Notes under the pieces: generated by a model
Told to the model about the DNA's origin: nothing
Databases searched by the model: none
The model's input: the letters and a program-made list of their open reading frames with translations, nothing else
Program-made: the position numbers and the translations under genes
Assembly: GCF_006345805.1 (NCBI RefSeq)
Contig: NC_043003.1
Coordinates: forward strand, 3,162,001-3,226,000
From: Octopus sinensis
Lineage: Eukaryota
Direction: 5' to 3'
DNA length: 64,000 nucleotides
Shown here: positions 13,111 through 24,973 of the stretch, piece by piece
Numbering within the stretch: the stretch's first letter is position 1
How the letters are laid out: each line of letters begins with the position of its first letter

Positions 13111-13218
13111 TTGGGGAAATTTCGAACCTGGGTTCTCATTCCCAAGGTATTTTTCGATGTTGTTGCTGCTGCTGCTGTTGTTGTTGTTGTTGTTGTTGTT
13201 CTTCTTCTTCTTCTTCTT

Positions 13219-13306
<88 letters not shown>

Positions 13307-13504
13307 TCATTGCCTGGAATCAAAGTCGGAATCTTTGGGTTAGTAGCCCATGCTTTTAACCACTGCACCATATGCCTGTGCTTAAGAGCATGGGCTACTA
13401 ACGCTAAGATTCTGAGTTTGTTTCCAAGCAGTGACCCGAATAATAATAATAATAACATCGAAAAATACCTTAGGAATGAGAACCCAGATTCAATATTTCC
13501 CCAA

Positions 13505-13549
13505 GACACCTGAAGAAGGCTGGAGGGTATATCAGCTGAAACATTGTGT
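13505..13549 (+). ncRNA. Minimal hammerhead ribozyme, CpG-decayed copy
   Basis: GACAC-CUGAAGA-A-GGCUG...CAGCU-GAA-ACAU-U-GUGU; the ACGU palindrome is mutated to ACAU. Confidence 0.55.
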
Positions 13550-13844
13550 AACAACAAACAAGATGAGGACAAATATCCGTCGAATGTAAATAATGAACAT
13601 TATTCCTCATTCCTTAAATATAGAACTGAAGTTATAAGTAGTAGATATAAGAATCCCTTCCAGGGTCTCTATTATGGATTTTTTCAACAATTTAAGTATG
13701 TCACTAGTTTTCCAGACATGAGTTCTACTCACGTGTCAAGTTTCATCAAAATCAATAAAACAAGTTAGAAAAGAACACAACAAACAAACACTCCCACAGA
13801 TTTCCACATACGAGGTAGATGTGTATATAAGTGCATATGTATGC

Positions 13845-13875
<31 letters not shown>

Positions 13876-14707
13876 ATATGTATATCATCATCATCATCAT
13901 CATCATCATTTAGCGTCCGCTTTCCATGCTAGCATTGGTTGGACGGTTCAACTGGGGTCTGTGAAGCCAGAAGGCTGCATCAGGCCCAGTTTGATCTGGC
14001 AGTGCTTCTACAGCTGGATGCCCTTCCTAACGCCAACCACTCCATGAGTGTAGTGGGTGCTTTTTACGTGCCACCCGCACAGGTGCCAGGTGAGGCTGGC
14101 AACGGCCACGAATGGATGGTGCTTTTTACGTGCCACTGGCATGGAGGCCAGTCGGGGCGGCACTGGCAATGGCCATGATCGGATGGTTCGCTTACTTGTC
14201 ACCGGCACTGGTATCACAGCTGCAATTTCCATTGATGTTGATCGACTTCGATTTTGGTTCTGCTTTCTGATATCTGATTTGATTTGGTTTGATTTTGATT
14301 TTGATTATATATATATATATAATTATGTATATATGTGCATATATATATGTATTTATATATATATACCCCTATATGTATGTATGTATATATATATATATAT
14401 ATATATCAATGTCGCCTTACTGACACCTGTGCTGGTGGCATGTGTAAAAAGATTTGAGTGAGGTCATTGGCAGTACTGCCGGACTGGCCCTATGCCAGTG
14501 GCACGTAAAAAGCACCCACTACTCTCTCAGAGTGGTTGGCATTCGGAAGGGCATCCAGCTGTAGAAACTCTGCCAGATCAAGATTGGAGCCTGGTGTGGC
14601 TGTCTGGTTTACCAGCCCTCAGTCAAAATTGTCCAACCCATGCTAGCATGGAAAGCGGACGTTGAACGATGATGATGATGATATATACACACATATATAT
14701 ATCAGCT

Positions 14708-15745
14708 TCATTGTTCGACTATGGTCGAGACAATGGAATTTACCATGCTACGCCAGACTTCACGGTCCATCATGGCATTACGGAGGTCCTGTTGCTGGAT
14801 GTCTGTATCCCTGGAGATTACATCAGGGTAGGAGAGTGTGCGCCCTCTGGTATTGCGAGTAGATGGCTTCCAGAGGAGAAAAGTAGAAATTACTTCTTTT
14901 TCAGCTCTACAACAATGTCCAGCAAACTGGACTCTCCTACCTTTCACAAGAGATGACACAGGTGGTAGTTTCCCATATATTTGCATTTTGGTTGGATGGC
15001 GCTTCCACGAGAGATTTTGAGCTCTCATAAGGAGGCGAGTGTAGGTTCCATCCAACCACCTCTCAAGCTTCTTTGATAACGTCCAGGTTTCTGAGCCATA
15101 TAGTAGGATTGGTTCGACTGTGGCTTTGAAGATTTCAAGTTTGAAGTCTCTACTTAGATTTGATGACCAGATCTTATGCATGTCATTACAGGCTGACCAG
15201 GCCATACCCTTTCTAGTTAGAAAGTCTTTTCCAGATGATGATATGCATGACCCAAGATATTTGTAATCAGAAACCATATTTAAGGGTGCATTGTTGAGAG
15301 TGTGGATGATGCAATCACTGTTAGACAGGCACTTGTTTATGTATTCAGTCTTGGCCTCATTGAGGTAAAGACCTACACAATTTGAGGCTTGTTCGAGAGA
15401 TTGTAAAAGAGACTGGGCATTGGAGAGAGAATCATTGATAAGAGTGATGTTGTCAGCAAAGTCAGTGTCTGTCAAGTACTCAGCTGGGTGTCTGGAACTT
15501 CTTCTTGGTTTTATTTCAAAGCCCTTTCCAGAGATGGTATCAACTGACATACGTAGCACATAATCAACAACAATGATGAAAAGAAATGGGGCGAGTGTGT
15601 CTCCCTGCAGTATTCCGGCTTTGATTGAGAAAGATGATGTTTCTCTGTCAGGGGTTAAGATGGTTGAAGACGTATCTGTGTAGAGGACCTTGATGGCAGA
15701 AATGATTTTGTCTGGTATCCCATAGAGCTTAAGGATTTCAAATAT
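14708..15745 (-). mobile_element. 5'-truncated RTE-clade LINE (RT C-terminal half, largely open)
   Basis: GILQGDTLAPFLF, FADNITLI (YADD-like), YKYLGS, EPILLYGSETW motifs. The N-terminal 20 aa of the ORF come from a flanking (TA)n repeat. Confidence 0.92.
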
Positions 15746-15803
15746 ATATATACACACACATAAATATGCATGTATATGTGTGTGTATATATATGTATATA
15801 TTC

Positions 15804-15836
<33 letters not shown>

Positions 15837-15837
15837 T

Positions 15838-16030
15838 AGTCGCCATGATAGATCGTTAGCCACTACACACATGTTTTTCTCTCCTTGTTTTTTTTCTGTG
15901 TCCCTTTCTGTAGAAGAGCATAGGCTCGAGACGTAAAAGACTTTTTTCTATTCCTGAGCATTATACTAATACATCTGTTTGTTTTCTACACCACCTGTCT
16001 TCATCTTTTGTCTTTTTCGTAAACTCTCCC
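15838..16030 (+). mobile_element. Short PLE pseudo-LTR-like repeat with a degenerate hammerhead (15904-15939)
   Basis: CUUU-CUGUAGA-A-GAGC(AUAG)GCUC-GAG-ACGU-A-AAAG. Helices I and II are intact; the core deviates at A6 and A14. Confidence 0.5.
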
Positions 16031-16076
16031 TATGTATATATATATATATATATATATATGTCTGTATATACAGATG

Positions 16077-16151
<75 letters not shown>

Positions 16152-16559
16152 ATATGCATATATGTGCGTATATTCATATATATGTGTATATGTATATATA
16201 TATATATGTATGTATATGTATATATATATGTATATAGATATATATATGTATATATATATGTATATAGATATATATATGTGTATATATGTGCATATATATA
16301 TGTATATATCTATATATATTTGTGTATATATGTATATACATATGTATGTGTATGTATATATATATATATGCATATTTATATATATATGTATATATATAGA
16401 TGCATATATATATATACACACACACACACAAACACATACATATATATATACACACACATATATATATATACGGGTGTGTGTGATTGTGTATAGAAGAATA
16501 TATTAATAAAAGGAATTCCAACCTTGTCTGATTTTCACGTTTTATTTACAATCTTATAA

Positions 16560-18835
16560 TGATATTTGATAATATAATATAATATAATAAAATAAAATAA
16601 AATAAAATAATAGAATGTTAAATGTTCATTCTGATTGAACTAGTACTTTCATGCATTGAATTCTGCAATCTTCGGGTTCATGTAGTAGTGGTGACAGTCA
16701 TGCTTCACAATTTTTGACTGTAGCGAGATGATTGAATCTGTGCCTTAAATACAGCTGTGTAGGCTACAGATTGCTAGGTTTTGCAAACTCTATTCTGATC
16801 AATCAGTGTGTAGTATCACTCAATTACTTAAGCTGATTGGTTGGTTGAGCTGATTGGTTTAGGCGTCACGCTTTGTTGGACATATCAAGAGTCCTGTATC
16901 TTAACCAAGGCAGCAATTGTTGGGCTATTTTTAGAAATGTTGTAAATAGCCTTTGTCAGAGATTTTTATATTTTTATATTTCAATTGTCATCATCATCAT
17001 TGTCAGCACCTTAATTATTGTTGCTAGTGGTGGTGGTGGTGGTGGCAATAGAACTTTTAACATTTAGCTTGGGTTCAAATTTATCAATAAAATTCTTTTC
17101 TTTGATTTTCCGCTCGATTTCACTTGGGCTGTGTAATTTGTAGAATGGAAATATTATATATATTTTCCGACCACATGTTGCTAGGTGGTTACTCAAAAGT
17201 ATCTGACGGACCTCTGGGTCTCTAATCTGTTGTCGGTGTACACGTGAGCATTCTGATAGTGCATTTCCTGTCTGACCTACATATATTTCTTCACAATTTG
17301 GGTATTTGATGCAGTAAATTAAATTTCTGCTTTTGCAGTTCATATTTGCGTTTGTGAATATTTTCCCGGTTTTTGTGTTTATATATTGGCCGGTATGTAT
17401 GAATTGGCATGTGCCACAATGGCTATCATTGCATTTAGATACAGTGAATGTTTGGTCTTTGTTGCTAAGGTCAAATTTTGCCTTTGTTAGTAATTTTTTA
17501 CTAAGAACCATAGCTCAATCCGTGATTATGTCTTTTAATTCATTACTTTGGGCAATGATTGGTAGGTTTGCTTTGGCAATGTTGAAGATATTCTGGTGAC
17601 ATGGGTTGTGTGTCACTATGAATGGTATGACTTGTTCTTGTTTTCCTCTTCCTTGGGTTGTCCTAAGTTGTTGTATGGGTATTTTTATAGCCTGCTGTAT
17701 GCCATTTTCTATAAGTAGAGATGGGTATTTTTGTTTGAGCAAAAATTCTCTTAGTTCTGTTAGGCGTTTGTTCCTGATATTTGCATCTTCTATAATGGTA
17801 CAAATTCTTCTGGCTAGGCAGTATGGGATGTTACGTTTTGTATGTGGTGGATGGCATGACTTAAAATTCAGGTATTGATGTGTGTCTGTGTGTTTATAGT
17901 ATATATCTGTGGTGATGGTGGTGTCTTTTTTAATTACCATTATATCTAGGAATGGTAATTTGGTACTACTCATCTCCTTTGTAAATTGGAGAGATGGGTG
18001 TAGGTTGTTCAGGAGGATATTGAACTCTTCCAGAGTATTTAGAGATTCTGTCTAGATTATGAAGCAGTCGTCAAGGTATCTCTTCCATGTCTTTTCAATA
18101 TACTTTCTAAATCCAGTGCCATAGTTTACCTCCACCTCTTGGTAGAGTTGTTGTTCTAAGTATCCCATTACAGAGTTGGCGTAAACGGGAGAAAACCTCG
18201 TTCCCATCGCCGTGCCTCTAATTTGGATGTAATTCTTTCCATTGAAGAAGAATGTGTTGTTTTCTAGAATAAGTTTGACTGTGTCTAATATAAATGGCAC
18301 TGTGAATCTGCTGGGAATCACTTCTCTATGTTTTTCTAATCAGTATTTAATCGCCTTTATTCCTAAATCGTGTGGAATATTGGTGTAGAGGCTTACCACA
18401 TCAAAACTTAGTAAGACTGAATTTGTTTCTGTTGTTTTGGGAAGATGGGACAGGAAGTCAATCTCATCCCTGATGAAACTGGGTATGTAAGTACATAGTG
18501 GTTTCAAAACAATGTCAATAAAATTGCTTAGACGGTGGGTAGGGCATGCTGGACCAGCTATAATAGGTCTAAGTTTTAGGTCTTTTGGATGTTGTAATTT
18601 TATGTACTCACTTTCTTGTTCTTTTACTGCCTGTTGAAATCTTTTGATTTATGTATTTTCGGTAAGCCGGAGAAGTTGCTGGGTTTTGGTTTGAAATTGG
18701 TGATGTAGTCTCTTTCATTATCCGTAAGTGAGTTGTGGTGTGTTGAGATCAGGTTGTTGATCTTTTACATGATGTGGTGGTCTATATTTGAGGGTATTTC
18801 ACAATAGAAGGTTGTGTCCTTCAGTTGGTCCTCAA
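16560..18835 (-). mobile_element. Decayed Penelope-like retroelement (RT plus C-terminal GIY-YIG; Neptune-like Cys-rich linker)
   Basis: LPKIHK, LRPII, SFDVVSLYTNIP, GTAMGTRFSPVYAN, RYLDD, PFLDI, then C..C...C and LIYCI...YVGQT. Broken by stops (YW to Y*, IW to I*) and a frameshift. Confidence 0.92.
16636..16680 (-). ncRNA. Hammerhead-like motif in the Penelope 3' pseudo-LTR
   Basis: UGAAC-CCGAAGA-UUGCA(GAAUUCAA)UGCAU-GAA-AGUACU-A-GUUCA: perfect 5-bp helix I and palindromic helix III, with a U4-to-C core change. Confidence 0.6.
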
Positions 18836-18848
18836 TATATATATGTAT

Positions 18849-18891
<43 letters not shown>

Positions 18892-19744
18892 TATATATTT
18901 ATGTGTGTGTATATATATATATAGTGAGATATGTATATGTATGTGTATATATGTTTGTATATATGTGTATACTTGTATATGGTGTGTTGTGAATTTATGG
19001 AAAGAAATCCCATAAAACTCAACAATTTAGTTAGAAATGGAGAAGAGAAGTTGTTAAGATACAGAAGAGAATTTTAATCCATGCAGACGATCGTTTCATA
19101 CAGAGATATAAAAATCATGCAAATTCATGGTGGAATAGAATTAGATTAAATTAATTAATTATATAACAATGTACCTTTCAGTGCAAGAAGTATAAACAAC
19201 ATTTTTACAAAGAACTTGGGAAAGGAAATAGCAGGACAGAATGTAGGAGATTCCTATTTATCCTTATGAGAAAAAGAGAGATGTGAGTCCAGTTAGGTAT
19301 TAACTAAAACTAAAGGCTATAAATGGTTATTTGGAAATATAAGTAAAGGAGTTTTGAGGGATGTTCCCTCTACAGATGAGTATGGAGATTAGAAATTTAA
19401 ACTACACTTTATGTGTGTGTATATATATATATTATAGCCCCAGGCTGACCAAAGCCTTGTGAGTGAATTTTGTACACGGAAACTGAGACTGTTGTATCAT
19501 CATCATCATCATCTTTTAATGTCCACTTTCCATGCTGGCATGGATTGGACAGTTTGATTGAGGGATGCATTTGTGAATAAATCTTAACTATTTTCCCTGC
19601 CTTATTTTTATAATTTTATTTTATATCATTGTTTTTTTTTTGCATACTTTCATTTCACGGGTTACTCACTGGATTTATGATAATGAGTGACAAGGAAGTG
19701 CCTGTTCAACTTGTGTGGAACAAATACCACAAGGTCTTTTAGTT

Positions 19745-20100
19745 TTGAATGTAACCAGTGGTTAGGTCAGTGGACTCATGGTTGTAGGATCGCGGTTTCG
19801 AATCCCAGACCGGGCGTTGTGAGTGCTTATTGAGCGGAAATACTTAAAAGCTTCACGAGGCTGGTGGTGAACCCTGCTGTCCTCTTTCCCCACAGCTTTC
19901 TTCCTGTTTCTGTTGCCCCTATATTTCAAAGAGTCCAGCCTTGTCACACTGTGTGTCACGCTGAATCTCCCCGAGAACTACGTTAAGGGTACATGTGTCC
20001 GTGGAGTGCTCAGCCACTTGCATGTTAATTTTCCAAGCAGGCTGTTCCGTTGATCGGAACAACTGGAACCCTCGTCGTCGTAACCGACGGAGTGCCACTG
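19745..20100 (+). mobile_element. tRNA-derived SINE with an RTE-like 3' tail
   Basis: B-box ggtttcgaatccc. The body shares ttaagggtacatgtgtc..gtggagtgctcagccactt..gttaattt with 4795-4900. Confidence 0.65.
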
Positions 20101-20329
20101 CTTCGTCAGCTTTCTTGCCGGTGTTTACAAACACAAAAGGGACATAGGCAGATACCCTTATCTATAAATACATTCTTTCACTTATTTCATTCATGGTATT
20201 ATGTTAGTGTAGGGCGCCACATTTAAGGTTTTAACCACCTACGTCAGCGCTGCTACATATTTCATTGTGGTATGTATTTTAACGATTTCTTATTGTCGAA
20301 CCGCTTGATATCGGACACAGAAAGACAAA

Positions 20330-20790
20330 TAAGGTGTGTAGCAATACTGGTCTTTAGACTTGTCTCAACATAAACGCATACCCTCCATCAGACACCTACC
20401 ATATTCTGAGCGCCTTGTTTCCCTGGGCATGGATTCACTGAAGCTCCGGCGTCTGGCGACGGACTTGGTAAACACCCACAAGGTTATCAACCACCTCACC
20501 AACAACACTGAACACCTTTTTGATCTCCATGTGTCTAACACACGTGGACATGCCTACAAAGTCAGAAAACAACACAGCTCCCATGACTTTCGGAAACATT
20601 TTTTCACGCTCAGGGTTGCTGAAGCGTGGAATAAACTGCCTGCGTCAGTTGTTGACTGCCATGACACTGCATCCTTTAAGGCCCTCATGCTTTCCGAAAT
20701 CCGCCGAAACTACACCTGATTATATATACACTTTAGATGAGTTGTAGTGCACCTGAGCACTGTACACAATTATTATTATTATTATTATTA
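20330..20790 (+). mobile_element. CR1/L2-clade LINE 3' end
   Basis: LPYSERL..LG...L..RR..DL, TRGH, FF..RV..AWN.LP motifs. The 3' tail gtgcacctgagcactgta(c/t)acaa(TTA)n also occurs at about 9555-9605. Confidence 0.85.
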
Positions 20791-20934
20791 TAAACTTCAA
20801 TACGGAATGGGTTCATTCATGCATCATTGTGGATGTTGACATTTCTGTGTCTGTGCCATCGATACAAACACACCTTGTTTTTTACTCATTTCATAAGTGT
20901 ATGTGTACACATTTATGTTTGTACATTATATATA

Positions 20935-21269
20935 TGAAGGTGCATGGCTCAGTGGTTAGAGCGTCGAGCTTATGATTGTGAGGTTGTGAGTTCGAATTCT
21001 GGACTGTACTGCGTGTTGTGTTCTTGAGCAAAGACACTTTATTTCACGTTGCTCCAGTTCACTCAGAAATGAGTTACGACATCACAGGTGCCAAGCTGTA
21101 TCGGCCCCTTTGCCTCTCCTTTGGATAACACTGGTGGATTGGAGAGGGGAGGCCGGTATGCGTGGGCAACTGCTGGTCTTCCATAAACATCCTTGCCCGG
21201 ACTTGTGCCTGGGAGGGTAACTTTCTAGGTGTAATCCCATAATCAGTCATGACCGAAGGGGGTTTCAGC

Positions 21270-21270
<1 letters not shown>
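20935..21270 (+). mobile_element. tRNA-derived SINE
   Basis: A-box tggctcagtgg, B-box gagttcgaattc, followed by a SINE body. Confidence 0.7.
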
Positions 21271-21307
<37 letters not shown>

Positions 21308-21318
21308 GTAACTTTATT

Positions 21319-21421
21319 GAAAAGCAGCAAAAATATCACAAACTGTTACTCAGTTTCATGCTCCTGCTGACGAACGGGAACATGAAACATTGAGTTTTTT
21401 GTGATATTTTTGCTGCTTTTC
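21319..21421. repeat. Foldback with remnants of a hammerhead core
   Basis: About 24-bp inverted arms (gaaaagcagcaaaaatatcacaaa). The interior has CUGACGA-ACG(GGAA)CAU-GAAAC on plus and GAAAC..GAGUA-ACAG on minus. Confidence 0.5.
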
Positions 21422-21619
21422 CATAAAGCGTATTACTCTACCTCTGGTATTCGAGTACTCTTTTTCCCACCTTGTTTCGTATTTATGTGCTTACTCCGGT
21501 GTGTGTATATGTATATATATCTTAAATGTAATGTGACAATTATTCGGTACCCATGATAAAACTCCAAGTTTTAGATGTCTGGGTGGAAACCCACGCTGCC
21601 ATGTCTTCAGGTATTGGGC

Positions 21620-21880
21620 CATCGGAAAAAATGCTATGAAAATGATCGTTAAACAAAAGGAAATTACTGTGTGATTATTGAACCTGGCCTTGAAATTACC
21701 CTCCGTAAGGCCCAAATATTTCTTTGTCGAAACCGTATCCTTAGTGGATATAGAGTCCATGGTGGCTTCATAAATGATGGTCTCAGACATGCAAGCTCCA
21801 TTTAGCGGGCACAAATTTTTATCTCTGCATGAACAGCTGGTTTCACATTGTGGTTTTTGTGTGTTGTGTGCGATTATATT
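21620..21880 (-). mobile_element. Penelope-like GIY-YIG endonuclease fragment
   Basis: CPLNGAC...IIYEA...YLGLTEGNFKARFNNH is the PLE GIY-YIG consensus pattern. Confidence 0.85.
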
Positions 21881-21924
21881 TTAAAAATTAGTAGACACGG
21901 TTTCGACAAAGAAATACGTGGGCC

Positions 21925-22400
21925 TTAGAGAAGGTAAGGGCTGTACACCACAATGTTTTCTCACACACTGTCTTGCAATCCGAAATACCTCAATTCTTTG
22001 GTCTTCGTGTCGCTGGACATTGCCAAATTTCTTCTTTTCCGCTTCGCCCTTGGCTATGTACACCTGCCACCCAGCCTAATTTTTGGCTACCTGGTACAGT
22101 TCCTTGCTACCCCAACCCTTCCAGGCTTTCCAGGCCTGTTTCTTTGCTCTTATGGCTTTGTAACTCTAGGTCTGGAAAGGATTTTGCACCATCCACAGAC
22201 TTGGTCTGTGGCACTCAGTAAGCTGTCCCATAGGAATTTCCAGCTACCTTCTATGTCCGACGTCTGTAGTTCCTCCTCCCTCTCATCAAATTTCTTGATG
22301 AGGATGTCTTTAAATCTCTGACCATGTGAAGGGTTCTTTAGCTTCCAAATCCTTCTTTTTTGGATTGGTCTGCTTCTTGGAAAAGAAAGGAGGAGCTTGA
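21925..22400 (-). mobile_element. RTE LINE fragment (endonuclease-RT linker)
   Basis: KL.DPSHGQRF and YIAKGEAEKKKF...EVFRIARQCVR pieces with frameshifts. Confidence 0.65.
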
Positions 22401-22829
22401 CGGTAAGGTAAAAAGGGTGATAGTGAGAGTGATGATGGTGGAGATGTATTGGGATGATGAGAATTGATGCGGTGATACAGAGGCTTGGGCTGAGTAAGTA
22501 GACAGGATGAAGTAATTATAGCAGATGATGGAGAGAAATATAGAGGAGGCTGGGGCGAAGTGGTTGTGGTGAGGTACATGGTGATCTAACTGGTGCTGGT
22601 ACCACATAAAAAACACCCAGTGTAAGGTGAGTGGCATTAGGAAAGCCACCCAGCCTTAGAAACCCTGCCAAAGCAGACACTGGTGTACAATACAGTCTTC
22701 TGACTGGTTGGTCATGTAGGAGAGTCCAACCCATACAAGCATGGCAGATGGACGGTAAATGAAGACGCTGATGTAGGCGGGGATGCTTTGCAACTATGAG
22801 ATATTAAGCTCGATGCCACTGCCTGGCAT

Positions 22830-23110
22830 CTTGGGCCGATGTCGTTTTCGGATTACCTCTTGGCTTGTGAGTGAAATCGGGTTCATGGCATTAATAAAAC
22901 GCTCGTCGAGTGAATTCTATCCCTAATTCAACGGGTGGAGCCTTGTAACACACTGCGACGAACTGATTCCGTTCAAGAATTAGTTGCTTCTAAGGGTAGG
23001 ACTTGTCCAAGCAGTATTCGGCTACGAAAACGTTAAATGAGGGGCAGATAATTCAATTGACGAAAGAAATGAATTCTTCGTCATCGAATGACAGAAATCC
23101 ACCATCGTCT
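22830..23110 (-). promoter_or_regulatory. CpG-rich unique island; candidate non-coding first exon/TSS
   Basis: High CpG density in AT-rich surroundings, a donor GAG|GTAATC at 22856, and no long ORF. Could feed the secreted-protein gene at 6.8 kb. Confidence 0.35.
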
Positions 23111-24498
23111 CTCCAGTTTCATAATTTAAAACAAAAACAACACAACTGAAATCATTTCAAGAAAACAAAAAAGAAGGGAGAAAGAAAATTTCCCGACTCC
23201 CTGCTTAAACTTTGTTCGTTCGAGATAGAAACATTTTCTGAATAATAAAATGTAAGAAATGTGAAGAGTTATCTCTCCTTGCATCACTGCCTTCCTCTCT
23301 TCTGGTCATCAGCAAGAATTTACCAATTAATACAAATATTTCAAAATTTTTAACGGTAGAACTCCAAGTAGATAAAGCTATAAATAATAACATGTAAATA
23401 TTTTGTTTTAAAAAATAGTTCTTTCGTTGGAAACGGTCGAAAGCTGCTTGTAGGATGTAAACAAAATTTCAAAATTTGTCTGTTGTCTTGTTTTGAATTA
23501 AATTTATTTCTTTATAACAAGTGTTTATTTTTATTTTTTTATTTTATTTAGTCTTGAAAATATATTATTATCTGTGATATTTTCTCTGGTACAAAGAAAA
23601 AAAAAGAAAAATGGAAAGAAATCAAAAATAAAGCTTTTTGACTAGATTGAACCAAAAAACAATAACAACTGGAATAAAATAAAATAAAGTACAATAATGT
23701 TTAGACTGAAACGAATACTTAAAGGAAGAATTATGGTAAAGATACAAACTAGAAGCAGAAGAGAGATACAGCCATTCTTTTGATTTCATCTTCTCGTTGA
23801 TTAAATTCCACCTGTAATTACTTTTCCATAGTAATGAAGATTGGATTACATTTTATCAATTCATTTAGTAAGAAATTAGATCCAAAAAAGGACGATCTTT
23901 CTGGCAGATGAGTGGAGATACTTTGCTAATTTTGAAATTCATGTCAGTTAGGTTCTTAGTCTCCAGTTTGTACAATGTGCTGGATTCAATGTGTTTAAAA
24001 CTAACAGTTTAGTTTGGCCATCAACAATAAATAAAATAGAGTTGGGTGTTGTATGTAAATGAATAGTCAAGACTAGGTTCCATCTTAAAAAAGTGAGATT
24101 TTAAATAAGGGAAAATTTTTCATGTCTTGGAGATAGGAAAGTTAAGACAAAACTAATAATAATAATGATGATGATAATAATAATAATGATTTCAAATTAA
24201 GGCTAGAAAGTTCAGGACAGGGGTGGGGTGGGGATAACGCGATTATATCAGTCCCAGTGTTCAACTGGTCCTTATTTTTATCGACCCTGAAAGGATGAAA
24301 GGTAAAGTCAACCTCAGCTGAATTTGAACTCAGAATGCAGAGATGTACGAAATGCCACTAAGCATTATTATTAAGCCTTACTTAATGATAATAATCCTTT
24401 CTATTATTATAGGTGTAAGGCCTGAAATTTTGTGCAAGGGGTTTAGTTGATTATATTGACCTATCTTAAATGGGAATTATTTCATTGACCCCAAAAGA

Positions 24499-24973
24499 CC
24501 CTTTTGTTAACATATTTCTGTTGAGATGCTCTGTATTTCTTTCAATTAATTTTAAATATAACAAAGAATTTAGTAAAATAACTTAGTTATCATTAAGCTA
24601 GTGTTAGGAACATAAATTGTGACTAAGGTTTGGTGGAAGATTTTAATTCAAAACTTATGAAAACAAGACATTTGTACTACAGAGCCAGAGGCACTTTCAG
24701 TTGGGTTGGTATCAAAAGGGTTAAGAATAGTTTCTCTATTATATTTTTTAACCCTTTCATTATTGTATTTATTTTGAGATGCTCTGTGTTACTTTTAATT
24801 AATTTTAAATATAACAAAGAATTTAGTAAAATAACTTAGCTATCATTAAGCTAATGTTAGGAACATAAATTGTGACTAGGGTTTGGTGGAAGATTTTAAT
24901 TCAAAACTTATGAAAACAAGACATTTGTACAACAGAGCCAGAAGCAATTTCAGCTGGGTTGGTATCGGAAAGG
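24499..24973. mobile_element. Two adjacent piggyBac-type MITEs (24499-24720, 24752-24973)
   Basis: CCCTT...AAGG(G) termini next to TTAA. Same family as 59962-60183. Confidence 0.75.

Larger units (their letters stand above)
13012..13600. mobile_element. Head-to-head inverted dimer of a tRNA-headed, hammerhead-bearing element
   Basis: Arms at about 13012-13160 and 13455-13600 are reverse complements. The centre holds two tRNA-like heads (13301-13376 minus, 13381-13445 plus), each followed by an AAT/AAG/AAC run. Confidence 0.8.

Noticed and set aside
13301-13445. Functional tRNA genes
   Set aside because: The heads lack an acceptor stem, have degraded B-boxes and run into microsatellites; they are SINE-type tRNA derivatives.
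15966-16521. Long YI/CV-rich ORFs here and at 3.6, 11.9, 30.4, 40.2-40.9, 45, 47.6 and 54-55 kb
   Set aside because: They are translations of stop-free microsatellites, not genes.
17011-18400. In-frame TGA codons in the Penelope ORF as possible selenocysteines (as in Naiad PLEs)
   Set aside because: One TGA replaces an expected Trp (YWL), and a TAG, a TAA and a frameshift are also present. The endonuclease is C-terminal (not Naiad order). This is ordinary decay.
21560-21625. CTGAAGA on the minus strand near the PLE fragment
   Set aside because: I could not assemble helices I-III around it.
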